Positions 10,009-18,939 of a stretch of 64,000 nt of DNA are shown piece after piece. The number at the start of each line of letters is the position of its first letter. Position 1 is the stretch's first letter. The stretch is taken from contig DATHRD010000081.1 in the NCBI GenBank assembly GCA_035482045.1, positions 88,149-152,148 of the forward strand. The letters run 5' to 3'. Under the pieces are notes generated by a model that was given only the letters and a program-made list of their open reading frames with translations, was not told the DNA's origin and made no database searches. Position numbers and translations under genes: made by a program. This stretch comes from Thermoanaerobaculia bacterium (lineage in GTDB: Bacteria; Acidobacteriota; Thermoanaerobaculia; Gp7-AA8).

Positions 10009-10533
10009 ATGGATCCATTCGTAGCTGAAATCCGCATCTTCCCGTTCAACTTCGCGCCCAAAGGCTGGGCCTTTTGCGATGGCCAGATCCTGCCGCTCTC
10101 GCAGAACACGGCCCTCTTCTCGCTCCTCGGCACGACCTACGGCGGCGATGGTAAGTCGAACTTCGCTCTCCCCGACATGCAGGGGAACGTTCCCATGCAT
10201 CCCGGACAGGGCCCCGGCCTCTCGCTGCACGATCTCGGCGAGACCGGCGGCTCGGAAACCGTGACGTTGCTCGAGTCGGAGATTCCCTCCCACAACCACA
10301 ACATCATGGGCGTCAACTCGAACGGCAATCGCACCAACCCGGTCGGGAACTCCATTTCCCGTGCCGTCAACTCCACTCCGTACTTTCCCAGCAGCCCCAC
10401 GCCGCCCTTCGTGAATTTCAACGACAACGCCATCACGCCCGCCGGCGGCGACCAGCCGCACAACAACATGCAGCCGTACCTGACGCTCAACTTCTGCATC
10501 GCTCTGCAGGGCGTTTACCCGCCTCGCACGTAA
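10009..10533 (+). CDS. Phage tail-collar domain protein (MdpB-like), paralog 3
   Basis: The ORF opens at ATG 10003, but ATG 10009 has better spacing to AGGAGG (9995-10000) and aligns with the paralogs (MDPFVAEIRIFPFNFAPKGWAFCDGQILPLSQNTALFSLLGTTYGGDG). HxH motif (SHNHN); C-terminal GGDQPHNNMQPYLTLNFCIALQGVYP. Confidence 0.9.
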   Translation: MDPFVAEIRIFPFNFAPKGWAFCDGQILPLSQNTALFSLLGTTYGGDGKSNFALPDMQGNVPMHPGQGPGLSLHDLGETGGSETVTLLESEIPSHNHNIMGVNSNGNRTNPVGNSISRAVNSTPYFPSSPTPPFVNFNDNAITPAGGDQPHNNMQPYLTLNFCIALQGVYPPRT

Positions 10534-10550
10534 CCAGTCTTGTCGTGACC

Positions 10551-10587
10551 AGAGAGCCGCACGGATCGCCGTGCGGCTCTCTTTTTG
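10551..10587 (+). terminator. Strong intrinsic terminator after the tail-collar trio
   Basis: Perfect 14-bp stem AGAGAGCCGCACGG / CCGTGCGGCTCTCT with loop ATCG, followed by TTTTTG. Confidence 0.8.
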
Positions 10588-10627
10588 ATGCCAGTCACTT
10601 TTCCGTGACTTCATTCGGGAACTACGG

Positions 10628-10656
10628 TCGACAAGCGCGGCTCGTGTCGCTATCTT
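10628..10656 (+). promoter_or_regulatory. Candidate sigma70-type promoter for giant gene 2
   Basis: TCGACA (10628-10633), 17-nt spacer, TATCTT (10651-10656). Confidence 0.3.
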
Positions 10657-10764
10657 TCTGCCAGTCCGTTTCCACTAGTTCAGCGAAATCGTTCACGTAA
10701 CCTAACCTCGATCGTCGCTCTCCACCCGAGGGAGCGACTTTTGAATAGTAAGAGGGGTGCCGTC

Positions 10765-13700
10765 ATGGGTCGATTTGGTCGCACGCTACTGCCCGTAATC
10801 GCGGTCACGCTTTTCGCGTTCGCGCTTCCCGCGCTCGCCAGCAACGTCACCGTCAATGGCACCGCGAACTTCAGTTCGCTCGACGGTTCGGCCGACGATC
10901 AGGACCACGTCGTCAACGGTGTCTTTACCGTGAACGGGGACCTCATCATCAACGGCACGATCAACTGCAACGACGACGGGCCAGGAAACAACGCGGCCTG
11001 CTCCATGCGCTTCGACGTCAGCGGCAACGTCGTGATGAACGCCGGAAGCGCGCTGTATGCCGAGGACCGGAAAGGCAACGGACCGGGCGGCAACATCACC
11101 ATCAACGCCGGCGGGAGCGTGACTGTTCATGGCCCGTCCTCGGGCTTCGGCGGTGCGGTGATCTCCAGCGCATCCTTCGGCTCCAGCATCGGCAGCGGCG
11201 GCACCATCACCATCAACAGTGGAGGCCCGGCCACCTTCGAAGCCGGCACGGTCGTCAACACGGCCAGTAAGAGTAATGATGCAGGGAAGATCCTGCTCAC
11301 CTCCGGCGGCAGCATGACCGTCTCCGGTCTGCTCGCCGCGGGCGCAACGTCCACGCTCCTCTCCACGCGCCAGACCGGCGCCGTTCTGGATGGAGGAACC
11401 GCACATCAGCGCGGCGGCGAGATCCGTGTGCAGTCGACGTCGGTCTTCGATCCGTCCATCACCATCAACTCCACGGCCACCATCGTCTCGCAGAGCGATG
11501 CCGATGCCGCGGGACCCATCACCATCGAAGGCTGCGGCGTCATCATTCGCGGCCTCGTCGCATCCATTGCCAACGGCGATACGGCAACCCGGGTGGCCGT
11601 GCGGTCGGGCAAGGAGATCGTGATCGACGCCACCGACCTCGGCGTGAGCTCCGCGGGAACACGTCTCGGCCATCTGCGCGCCGATGCCACGAAGAACGGC
11701 GCGGCCACGAAGCGTGTCGATCTGTTTGCGAACGATGCAATCCAGGTCACCGGTCCCGATCCGTCTGCCAGCACTCTTTACGCGGTGACCAGCGTCCCCG
11801 GCAGCGACGACAAGAAGGTCGGCGGCGGGACGATCCGCGCCATCTCGTTGCAAGGAACCGTCAGTGGAAGCGGCAGGGTCTTCCTGGCCGGCTTGAACAA
11901 TGACGACAACTTCGGCGGGACGATCGACCTCTCCAGCCAGGGCACCGTCAACCTCGATCACGCTTTCCTCGAGGCGGTCGGAGACTTCACGAAGTTGAAG
12001 TCGGACGCGGCCGGTGGACACATCGCCGCCCGCTCGTACGCTGGCAACGTGAGTTGGGCATTGGGCATGGGCGATGTCCGCCCTGTCGGTGCCGGTGCCT
12101 CGGGTGTAGCCAGCCAAGGAACCATCGCACTCACCGCCTGCGGAACCGTGACCATCTCCGGCACGACCTTCCCGACCAACGGCCCGGCCGTCGGCGTCTT
12201 CCCCACGATCACCACCGGTTCCTGCTCGCCTTCCGCGCCAGCGCTTCCGGCCGGTGAGCCGCCGCTGCCGATCTGTTGCAACGTCATCACGATCACCAAC
12301 CCCGCCGTGACCAGCGGCGCGGCCGGCGTACCCTTCAGCCAGACCTTCACGCAGACCGGCGCCATCGGCACGGCGACATTCTCGATCGCCACCGGAACGC
12401 TTCCCTCCGGCCTCACGCTGGCCGCGAACGGCACGCTATCCGGCACGCCGACCGTCACGGGCTCCTTCCCGATCACGGTCATGGTCACCGACTCGCAGGG
12501 TTGCACCGGCGTCGGCCCGACCTACCCACTGCAGATCGTCTGTCCGACGATTACCGTCACCAATCCTGCCGTCAACAGCGGCGTGGCCGCGACGCCATTC
12601 AGCCAGACCTTCACGGAGAGCGGCGGGGTAGGGGCGACGACGTTCTCCCTGGCCAGCGGCACGCTGCCGGCGGGACTGACGCTCGCTTCGAACGGAGTGC
12701 TCTCGGGCACGCCGACGCAAACCGGAACCTTCCCGATCACCGTCGAGGCCACCGACGCGAACGGCTGCACTGGCACCGGCCCAACGTACACGCTGACGAT
12801 CACCTGCCAGACCATCACGGTCACGAATCCGGCCGTTTCGACCGGCGTGGCCGGCGCGCCGTTCAGTCAGACCTTCACGCAGAGCGGCGGCATCGGAACG
12901 ACCACGTTCTCGCTGGCCAGCGGCACGCTACCGGCCGGCCTTACGCTCGCCGCGAACGGGACGCTCTCCGGTTCACCGACGCAGACCGGCACGTTCGCCA
13001 TCACCGTCAAAGCCACGGATGTAAACGGCTGCAGCGGCACCGGCGCGACCTACACGCTGACGATCACCTGCCAGACCATCACGGTCACGAACCCGGCAGT
13101 GTCGACCGGCGTGGCCGGCGCGGCGTTCAGCCAGACCTTTACGCAGAGCGGCGCCATCGGAGCGACCACGTTCTCGCTGGCCAGCGGTACGCTGCCGGCC
13201 GGCCTCACGCTGGCCGCCAACGGCACGCTCTCCGGCGCACCGACGCAGACCGGTACATTCGCCATCACCGTCAAGGCCACCGACGCGAACGGCTGCAGCG
13301 GTACCGGCGCGACCTACACGCTGACGATCGCCTGCCAGACCATCACTGTCACGAATCCGTCCGTGAGCACCGGCGTAGCCGGTAGCCCGTTCAGCCAGAC
13401 CTTCACGCAGAGCAACGGCATCGGCGCGACGACGTTCTCGCTCGCCAGCGGCACGCTGCCTTCGGGGTTGACGCTCGCCTCGAACGGAACGCTCTCCGGT
13501 ACGCCGATGGTCGTCGGTACCTTCCCGATCACCGTCACGGTTACTGACGCGAACGGATGCACGGGAACGGGCCCGACCTATAACCTGACCATCACCTGCC
13601 AGACCATCACCGTCACGCCACCGGCGGTGAATACAGGAGTGGCAGGTACGCCGTTCAGTGTGACATTCACGGAGAGCGGCGCCATCGGCTCGGCCACGTT

Positions 13701-16700
13701 CTCGCTCGCCTCCGGCGTGCTCCCCTCGGGAATCTCGCTGGCGACCAATGGTGGGCTCTCGGGCACGCCGCTGCAGACAGGCAGCTTCCCGATCACCGTC
13801 AAGGTGACCGACGCGAACGGCTGCACCGGCACCACCGGCTACACGCTGACCATCGTCTGCCAGACCATCACGGTCACGAACCCCGCCGTGAACAGCGGCG
13901 TGGCAGGCTCGCCGTTCAGCCAGACATTCACGCAGAGCGGCGCCATCGGTTCGGCCACGTTCTCGCTCGCCAGCGGTTCGCTCCCGGCCGGGCTTAGCCT
14001 GTCGGCCTCGGGTGTCCTCTCCGGCACACCGACGCAGACCGGCACCTTCCCGATCACCGTGTCGGTGACGGACGCGAATGGTTGCGGCGGCACAGGCCCG
14101 ACCTACACGCTGACCATCGCCTGTCCGGTCATTACCGTGACAAATCCGTCGGTGACCATCGGCATCGCTGGCCAGGCATTCAGCCAGTCGTTCACGCAGA
14201 GCGGCGCCGTCGGTACGGCCACATTCACATTGGCCAGCGGCACGTTGCCCTCGGGTCTGAGCCTCGCCTCGGATGGCACGCTGGCGGGCGTTCCCCTGCA
14301 GACCGGCACGTTCCCGATCACCGTCACCGTCACCGATTCGAACGGTTGCACCGGGACGAGCGCGACCTACAACCTGACCATCAACTGCCAGACCATCACC
14401 GTCACCCACCCGGCCAACATGGACGGAACGGTCGGCGTGGCTTTCAGCGAGCAGTACACGCAGAGCGGTGGCATCGGAGCGGTGGTCTTCTCCACCGCCA
14501 GCACGCTTCCGACGGGGATGACTCTCGCGGCGGACGGTACGCTCTCCGGCACCCCGACCCAGAGCGGCTCGTTCCCGCTCACCGTCACCGTCACCGATTC
14601 CAACGGCTGCACCGGCTCGGATACCTTCACGCTGACCATCGGTTGCCAGACCATCACGGTCACCAATCCGGCCGTGTCGACCGGAACCGCCGGCACGCCG
14701 TTCAGCCAGACGTTCACTCAGAGCGGCGCCAATGGAACGGCGACGTTCTCGCTGGCCAGCGGCACGCTGCCGGCCGGAATGAGCCTCTCGGCCGCGGGCG
14801 TGCTCTCCGGTACCCCGACACAGACGGGCTCCTTCCCGATCACCGTCAAGGTGACCGACTCCAACGGCTGCACCGGAACGGGACCGACCTATACGCTCGT
14901 CATCGCCTGCCAGACCATCACCGTGACCAATCCCGGCACGACCACCGGAACGGTAGGAACGCCTTTCAGCCAGACCTTCACGCAAAGCGGCGGCATCGGC
15001 GCAGTCACCTTCTCCACATCCAGCGCTCTTCCGTCTGGCCTGAGTCTCTCGGCGTCGGGCGTGCTCTCCGGTACGCCGATGCAGCCCGGCACCTTCCCGA
15101 TCACGGTCATGGTGACCGATTCGAACGGTTGCACCGGAACCGGCGCGGCCTACACATTAGTCATCGCCTGCCAGACCATCACCGTGACGAACCCGGCCAC
15201 GACCACCGGTACGGTTGACGCGCCGTTCAGCCAGAGCTTCACGCAGGCCGGCGCCATCGGTACCGCCACATTCTCGATCGCCAGTGGCTCGCTGCCGGCG
15301 GGTTTGACTCTCTCTTCCAGCGGCGTTCTCTCCGGCACGCCGCAGGTGCCCGGCACCTTCACGATCACGGTCAAGGTCACCGACTCCAACGGCTGCACGG
15401 GTACGGGACCGACCTACACGCTGGTCATCGCCTGCCAGACCATCACGGTCACAAACCCCAGCTCGACGACCGGGATGTACAACGTGCCGCTGAGCGGCAG
15501 CTTCACCTTCACGCAGACGGGCGTCGGGGCGCACACCCCGGCGGTCTTCTCGCTCAACAGCGGTTCGTTGCCGTCAGGGGTATCGCTCTCCGCGAGCGGC
15601 GCCCTCACCGGCACACCCACCCAGACCGGCGTCTTCTCGATCACGGTCAAGGTGACGGACGCCAACGGCTGCACGGGGATCAGCAGCACGTACACGCTCA
15701 CGATCGCGCCGAATCTGACCACCAAGTCGTACATCGACGTGGGGAACACGCAACTCGACGGCGGCCTCCCGGCTCCGGCCACGCCGACGGTTCTTTCGGT
15801 CGCGGTATCGAATGGCGATTCTTCTGACGCCGCGATTACCTACGCGGTTACTGTTCCTCCCTTCAACGGCACGCTCACCACGTTCAACGCGAACGGAACG
15901 TTCCTCTACACCCCGAACGTCGGCAACGCGGCAGCCGACTCGTTCACCTACACCGGCACGTCGAACGGCATCACCGTGACGCGCAGCGCCACGATCACCT
16001 TCAGCGGCAGGGTCTGGTACGTCGACAACGCCACCGTCTCCGGCACGAATGACGGACGCTCGAATACGCCGTTCAAGACGATGACGGCGGTCGGCGCCGC
16101 GGCCACCGCGTCGGGCGACATCATCTACGTATCGAAAGGCTCCGGTCCCACGACGGGCACCTACACCATGCTGGTCAGCCAGCAACTCATCGGCGCCGGT
16201 GCCACGCTCAGCGTGGGCGGTGTCCTGAACGTTTCGGGAGTGGCAGCGAATACGCCGACGCTGAGCGGCACGCTCACGCTGGCCACGAACGTCACGGTCA
16301 ACGGGATCGACATGAGCACCGGGGCGACCAATGCCATCACGGGTGCGAACGTATCGGGCATCAATGTGACCGCTCGCAACGTGACCACAACGACGGGCAC
16401 GCCTGTGACCATCGTAAGTGCCAGCGGAACAATGAACGTTACGCAGATCAACGCCGGTACCTCGGCGGTCGGGCCGCCGAACGCCATCACGTTAACCAGT
16501 TACAGCGGTGGTTTCACTGTGGTGGGCGACGGCAGCAACGCCTCTAACGGTTCGGGTGGCACGATTCAGAAGACGACCGGCAATGCGATCAGCCTGACCA
16601 GCCTCACCGGCCCGGGGGTCAGTCTGTCCTCGATGATCATCAAGACCAGCACGCACGACGGCATCAACGGGACAGGCGTGAACAACTTCGCCTTGCTCGG

Positions 16701-17820
16701 GTGCCAGGTGCTGAACAACGGTACGACGTTCGCTGATAACGGGATCCACCTGTTCGACGTCAGCGGCGTGGCGACGTTCACCAACGACACGGTCACCGGC
16801 TCGTTCAACAACAACGTGTGGCTCGATGCCACGGGCGGTTCCACGGCGGTGATGACATCGCTCGCCGTTACGAACGGCAGCTACAGCGGCAGCGCCAATG
16901 ACGACGGGTTCCTGGTTTCGTTGAAGCATTCGGCCGCCATCAACACTGCCACGTTCACCGGTGCGACCTTCTCGGGCAACCTGGCGAAGGGACTTCAGCT
17001 CCAGCAGAACGACAATGCCATTCTTGGAAACGGCGTCGGAGCGCCGGCCACGGGCACGATTACGGTCAGCGGTTGCACGTTCACGAACAACGACGCCGGC
17101 GCCAGCTTCGAGGGCGGGGGCGGCGCAGCGGGCGCTACGGGAAGCGTCTACGTCAGGTTTGTAAACAATACAAACATCCTGGGCAATCAGAGTGTGGCAG
17201 TGAACTTTGCGAATGGCTCCGATAGCGGTGGTGGAACCTTCAAGGCGTTGGCCTCTGGCAACGTGATCGGAAATGCCGGCGTGGCCGGCTCCGGCTCTGC
17301 GTTCGGCGAGGGCATTCGTTTCTTCCTACAGGGGCAGCAGACCGCGACGGTAACAGTCCTGAACAACACTATCCGCCAGTGTCCGTTTGGCCGCGGGATC
17401 GACATCGAAGAGCTTGGACGCCCGGGATCGGGCCATGGGCAGACGCACCTCGATGCAAAGATCACTGGCAACGACGTCAATCCGCAGGACACGAGTGGCT
17501 TCCCGGCGTACGCGATCTATGTCGGGGCCGACGCGCAGGGCACGGGAACCTCGGGCTCCAATGTCAATGCCGAGATTCACGGCAACACGGTTCCGTCGAC
17601 GCCCGATGCATGCGACACCATGTGCGGCCCGGGGACGGGAATGATCGACTACGAACTGGTGGTCGGCGCGTCAGGTACCCAGATCGGAAGCCTTTTCAAC
17701 GCCTTCGGAGGCGCAACGGTGAACGACGAGATCGCCAACAACAACACAGGTACTTCGGGCAAGATCGTCACGCAGGGTGCGGTCACTTTGACTGCTACCC
17801 CTCCGAACACAGTGAACTAG
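10765..17820 (+). CDS. Giant secreted repeat protein (~2,351 aa): signal peptide, N-terminal beta-helix-like region, 13 Cys-paired Ig-like repeats, beta-helix-type C-terminal region; paralog of 2..8698
   Basis: The ORF track starts at TTG 10741. ATG 10765 is preferred because of the RBS AAGAGGGG 7 nt upstream. Sec signal MGRFGRTLLPVIAVTLFAFALPALA|SN. There are ~500 aa of G/N/S/T-rich turns, then 13 copies of CQTITVTNPAVxxGVAGxPFSQTFTQSGxIGxxTFSLASGTLPxGLxLxxxGxLSGTPTQTGTFPITVxxTDxNGCTGTGPTYTLTI, then GRVWYVDNATVSG..TPFKTM. The protein ends ..VTLTATPPNTVN, like giant 1 (..ITLTATAPNTVN). Confidence 0.85.
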   Translation: MGRFGRTLLPVIAVTLFAFALPALASNVTVNGTANFSSLDGSADDQDHVVNGVFTVNGDLIINGTINCNDDGPGNNAACSMRFDVSGNVVMNAGSALYAEDRKGNGPGGNITINAGGSVTVHGPSSGFGGAVISSASFGSSIGSGGTITINSGGPATFEAGTVVNTASKSNDAGKILLTSGGSMTVSGLLAAGATSTLLSTRQTGAVLDGGTAHQRGGEIRVQSTSVFDPSITINSTATIVSQSDADAAGPITIEGCGVIIRGLVASIANGDTATRVAVRSGKEIVIDATDLGVSSAGTRLGHLRADATKNGAATKRVDLFANDAIQVTGPDPSASTLYAVTSVPGSDDKKVGGGTIRAISLQGTVSGSGRVFLAGLNNDDNFGGTIDLSSQGTVNLDHAFLEAVGDFTKLKSDAAGGHIAARSYAGNVSWALGMGDVRPVGAGASGVASQGTIALTACGTVTISGTTFPTNGPAVGVFPTITTGSCSPSAPALPAGEPPLPICCNVITITNPAVTSGAAGVPFSQTFTQTGAIGTATFSIATGTLPSGLTLAANGTLSGTPTVTGSFPITVMVTDSQGCTGVGPTYPLQIVCPTITVTNPAVNSGVAATPFSQTFTESGGVGATTFSLASGTLPAGLTLASNGVLSGTPTQTGTFPITVEATDANGCTGTGPTYTLTITCQTITVTNPAVSTGVAGAPFSQTFTQSGGIGTTTFSLASGTLPAGLTLAANGTLSGSPTQTGTFAITVKATDVNGCSGTGATYTLTITCQTITVTNPAVSTGVAGAAFSQTFTQSGAIGATTFSLASGTLPAGLTLAANGTLSGAPTQTGTFAITVKATDANGCSGTGATYTLTIACQTITVTNPSVSTGVAGSPFSQTFTQSNGIGATTFSLASGTLPSGLTLASNGTLSGTPMVVGTFPITVTVTDANGCTGTGPTYNLTITCQTITVTPPAVNTGVAGTPFSVTFTESGAIGSATFSLASGVLPSGISLATNGGLSGTPLQTGSFPITVKVTDANGCTGTTGYTLTIVCQTITVTNPAVNSGVAGSPFSQTFTQSGAIGSATFSLASGSLPAGLSLSASGVLSGTPTQTGTFPITVSVTDANGCGGTGPTYTLTIACPVITVTNPSVTIGIAGQAFSQSFTQSGAVGTATFTLASGTLPSGLSLASDGTLAGVPLQTGTFPITVTVTDSNGCTGTSATYNLTINCQTITVTHPANMDGTVGVAFSEQYTQSGGIGAVVFSTASTLPTGMTLAADGTLSGTPTQSGSFPLTVTVTDSNGCTGSDTFTLTIGCQTITVTNPAVSTGTAGTPFSQTFTQSGANGTATFSLASGTLPAGMSLSAAGVLSGTPTQTGSFPITVKVTDSNGCTGTGPTYTLVIACQTITVTNPGTTTGTVGTPFSQTFTQSGGIGAVTFSTSSALPSGLSLSASGVLSGTPMQPGTFPITVMVTDSNGCTGTGAAYTLVIACQTITVTNPATTTGTVDAPFSQSFTQAGAIGTATFSIASGSLPAGLTLSSSGVLSGTPQVPGTFTITVKVTDSNGCTGTGPTYTLVIACQTITVTNPSSTTGMYNVPLSGSFTFTQTGVGAHTPAVFSLNSGSLPSGVSLSASGALTGTPTQTGVFSITVKVTDANGCTGISSTYTLTIAPNLTTKSYIDVGNTQLDGGLPAPATPTVLSVAVSNGDSSDAAITYAVTVPPFNGTLTTFNANGTFLYTPNVGNAAADSFTYTGTSNGITVTRSATITFSGRVWYVDNATVSGTNDGRSNTPFKTMTAVGAAATASGDIIYVSKGSGPTTGTYTMLVSQQLIGAGATLSVGGVLNVSGVAANTPTLSGTLTLATNVTVNGIDMSTGATNAITGANVSGINVTARNVTTTTGTPVTIVSASGTMNVTQINAGTSAVGPPNAITLTSYSGGFTVVGDGSNASNGSGGTIQKTTGNAISLTSLTGPGVSLSSMIIKTSTHDGINGTGVNNFALLGCQVLNNGTTFADNGIHLFDVSGVATFTNDTVTGSFNNNVWLDATGGSTAVMTSLAVTNGSYSGSANDDGFLVSLKHSAAINTATFTGATFSGNLAKGLQLQQNDNAILGNGVGAPATGTITVSGCTFTNNDAGASFEGGGGAAGATGSVYVRFVNNTNILGNQSVAVNFANGSDSGGGTFKALASGNVIGNAGVAGSGSAFGEGIRFFLQGQQTATVTVLNNTIRQCPFGRGIDIEELGRPGSGHGQTHLDAKITGNDVNPQDTSGFPAYAIYVGADAQGTGTSGSNVNAEIHGNTVPSTPDACDTMCGPGTGMIDYELVVGASGTQIGSLFNAFGGATVNDEIANNNTGTSGKIVTQGAVTLTATPPNTVN

Positions 17821-17879
17821 TGCAACCCTGAATCGGAAAAGGAGGATCGCACCGGGTAAGAGCATGGTTCAGCTCCTTC

Positions 17880-17965
17880 AGTTAGGGCTCAACACAGCAG
17901 CGATCGGTGTCCGTAAGGTGTTCGTCATGGCCGCCCGTTCGATCGCTTCCTGTTCCTGACTGTCG
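17880..17965 (-). pseudogene. Relic 3' fragment of a second RHH antitoxin gene
   Basis: nt 17895-17965 align with 18987-19045 inside the intact antitoxin gene. The core tcgatcgcttcctgttcctgact is identical at an offset of exactly 1,080 bp. The minus-strand translation ..IDSQEQEAIERAAMTNTL.. matches ..RESQEQEAIERAAITKHR... No N-terminal half is present. Confidence 0.45.
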
Positions 17966-17974
17966 ATGAAGACC

Positions 17975-18590
17975 GAGAACTTGGTTGGGTGGCTGCCGTA
18001 CCTGATGCGCTGGGAATCATCACCACCGGATATCCGGTGGCGTCATCTCGGGGGAGAGCGACTCGTCGAACCGTTCTTCGACCAGACGATCGATCGCTGC
18101 GGTCGCGACCCCAACAACCGTGAAGACCGCAGCACGTTGCTGGAAGCACTGGAGAGGCCTGCCGGCCGTTCGCCCTCCTGCGGGTTTCATCTTTCACATG
18201 TCTCGTTGCGGATCGACTCTCGTTGCTCAGATGTTGGCCTCCGTTCCCGAGCACATAGTCATCTCCGAGGCCACGATCGTTTCTTCGATCATTCGACCTC
18301 CGGCTCGGGCTCCTTAAGTGGCCCTCGGGCAGAGAGCCCGGGTGCTGCGACGCGTCGTGAACGCGCTAGCCCACCCCGAACCGAGCGAGAAGGTCTCTGC
18401 TTCATCAAATTTGGCGCGGGGAGCGTGCGGGACCTTGATCTGATCCGGTGCGCCTTCCCCGACGTGCCCTGGATCTATCTTTTATCGACACCCGTTGGAG
18501 GTCATGAGCGCGCTGCTGCGCACGCGAGGCGATTCCCTACCAGTGTAGACGGCGCTCGGCACGCTCGGCTTTCGGCCTGACCCGGAGCTC
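17975..18590 (+). pseudogene. Decayed sulfotransferase-family gene (multiple frameshifts, 3'-truncated)
   Basis: Homology hops between frames. The pieces are WLPYLMRWE..IRWRHLGGERLVEPFFDQTIDRC, then in another frame RPPAGFIFHMSRCGSTLVAQMLASVPEHIVISEATI (PAPS-loop-like SRCGST), then back to LCFIKFGAGSVRDLDLIRCAFPDVPWIYL, then ..RHPLEVMSALL. It ends against the MazF gene. Confidence 0.5.
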
Positions 18591-18591
18591 A

Positions 18592-18906
18592 TTACGCATT
18601 TGTTCTCCCCGCAGCCGGCAGGTCCAGGGCCCGGGCAAGAGCCTGGTTCAGCTCCTGGATTTTCGCGTTCGACAGTAGTCCGGCCCTTGCGGTGAGCTTG
18701 TCCTTAAACATCAGCATCAGGAAGTCGCAGCGGACCGCGCTGGAGCGAGGAATCCCCTCCTCGGGGCCGACGACGACCTCCGTGGCCAGCCCGAGGACTT
18801 CTCCGTAGACCGGTGCGCAGATGACGGTCGATATGTCGTCGTTGCCGGCGATAAACCCGCGCGAGACCACGACGTAGTAACCTGGTTTGTCTCCTCGTTC
18901 CGCCAC
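18592..18906 (-). CDS. PemK/MazF-family toxin (type II TA); annotated from GTG 18906, but homology extends to 18939 with no in-frame start (see findings)
   Basis: ..KRGEVYRTSHR|VAERGDKPGYYVVVSRGFIAGNDDISTVICAPVYGEVLGLATEVVVGPEEGIPRSSAVRCDFLMLMFKDKLTARAGLLSNAKIQELNQALARAL resembles PemK/MazF toxins (expected PF02452). It lies immediately downstream of the RHH antitoxin. Confidence 0.7.
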   Translation of the reverse strand: MAERGDKPGYYVVVSRGFIAGNDDISTVICAPVYGEVLGLATEVVVGPEEGIPRSSAVRCDFLMLMFKDKLTARAGLLSNAKIQELNQALARALDLPAAGRTNA

Positions 18907-18939
18907 GCGGTGGCTGGTCCGGTAGACTTCTCCGCGCTT

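Noticed and set aside
8970-10533. Prophage or tailocin remnant, suggested by the three 'phage tail' genes.
   Set aside because: No other phage structural, lysis, replication or integration genes occur in the 64-kb window. No att-like boundaries or compositional break are apparent, and the genes are insulated by terminators between two chromosomal-style giant genes. I treat them as a domesticated module. The region upstream of the window remains unchecked.
10786-16929. Antisense ORFs inside giant gene 2 (10786..12117 - of 443 aa, 12973..14985 - of 670 aa, 12276..13385 + and 14082..15218 + in alternative frames).
   Set aside because: The reasoning is the same as for giant gene 1. Their periodic Arg/His/Gly-rich translations are shadows of the 261-bp repeat and show no independent coding signal.
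2-17820. Diversity-generating retroelement or other targeted hypervariation acting on the repeat domains.
   Set aside because: No reverse transcriptase gene and no template/variable repeat pair with adenine-specific differences was seen. Differences between units are spread over all base types and are consistent with ordinary divergence and recombination.
17966-18580. ORF 17966..18580 + (204 aa) as an intact protein-coding gene.
   Set aside because: Sulfotransferase-like similarity jumps between at least two frames (the conserved FIFHMSRCGSTL segment is in ORF 18120..18317), and the rest of the 204-aa translation is Arg/Ser-rich nonsense. I call it a pseudogene.
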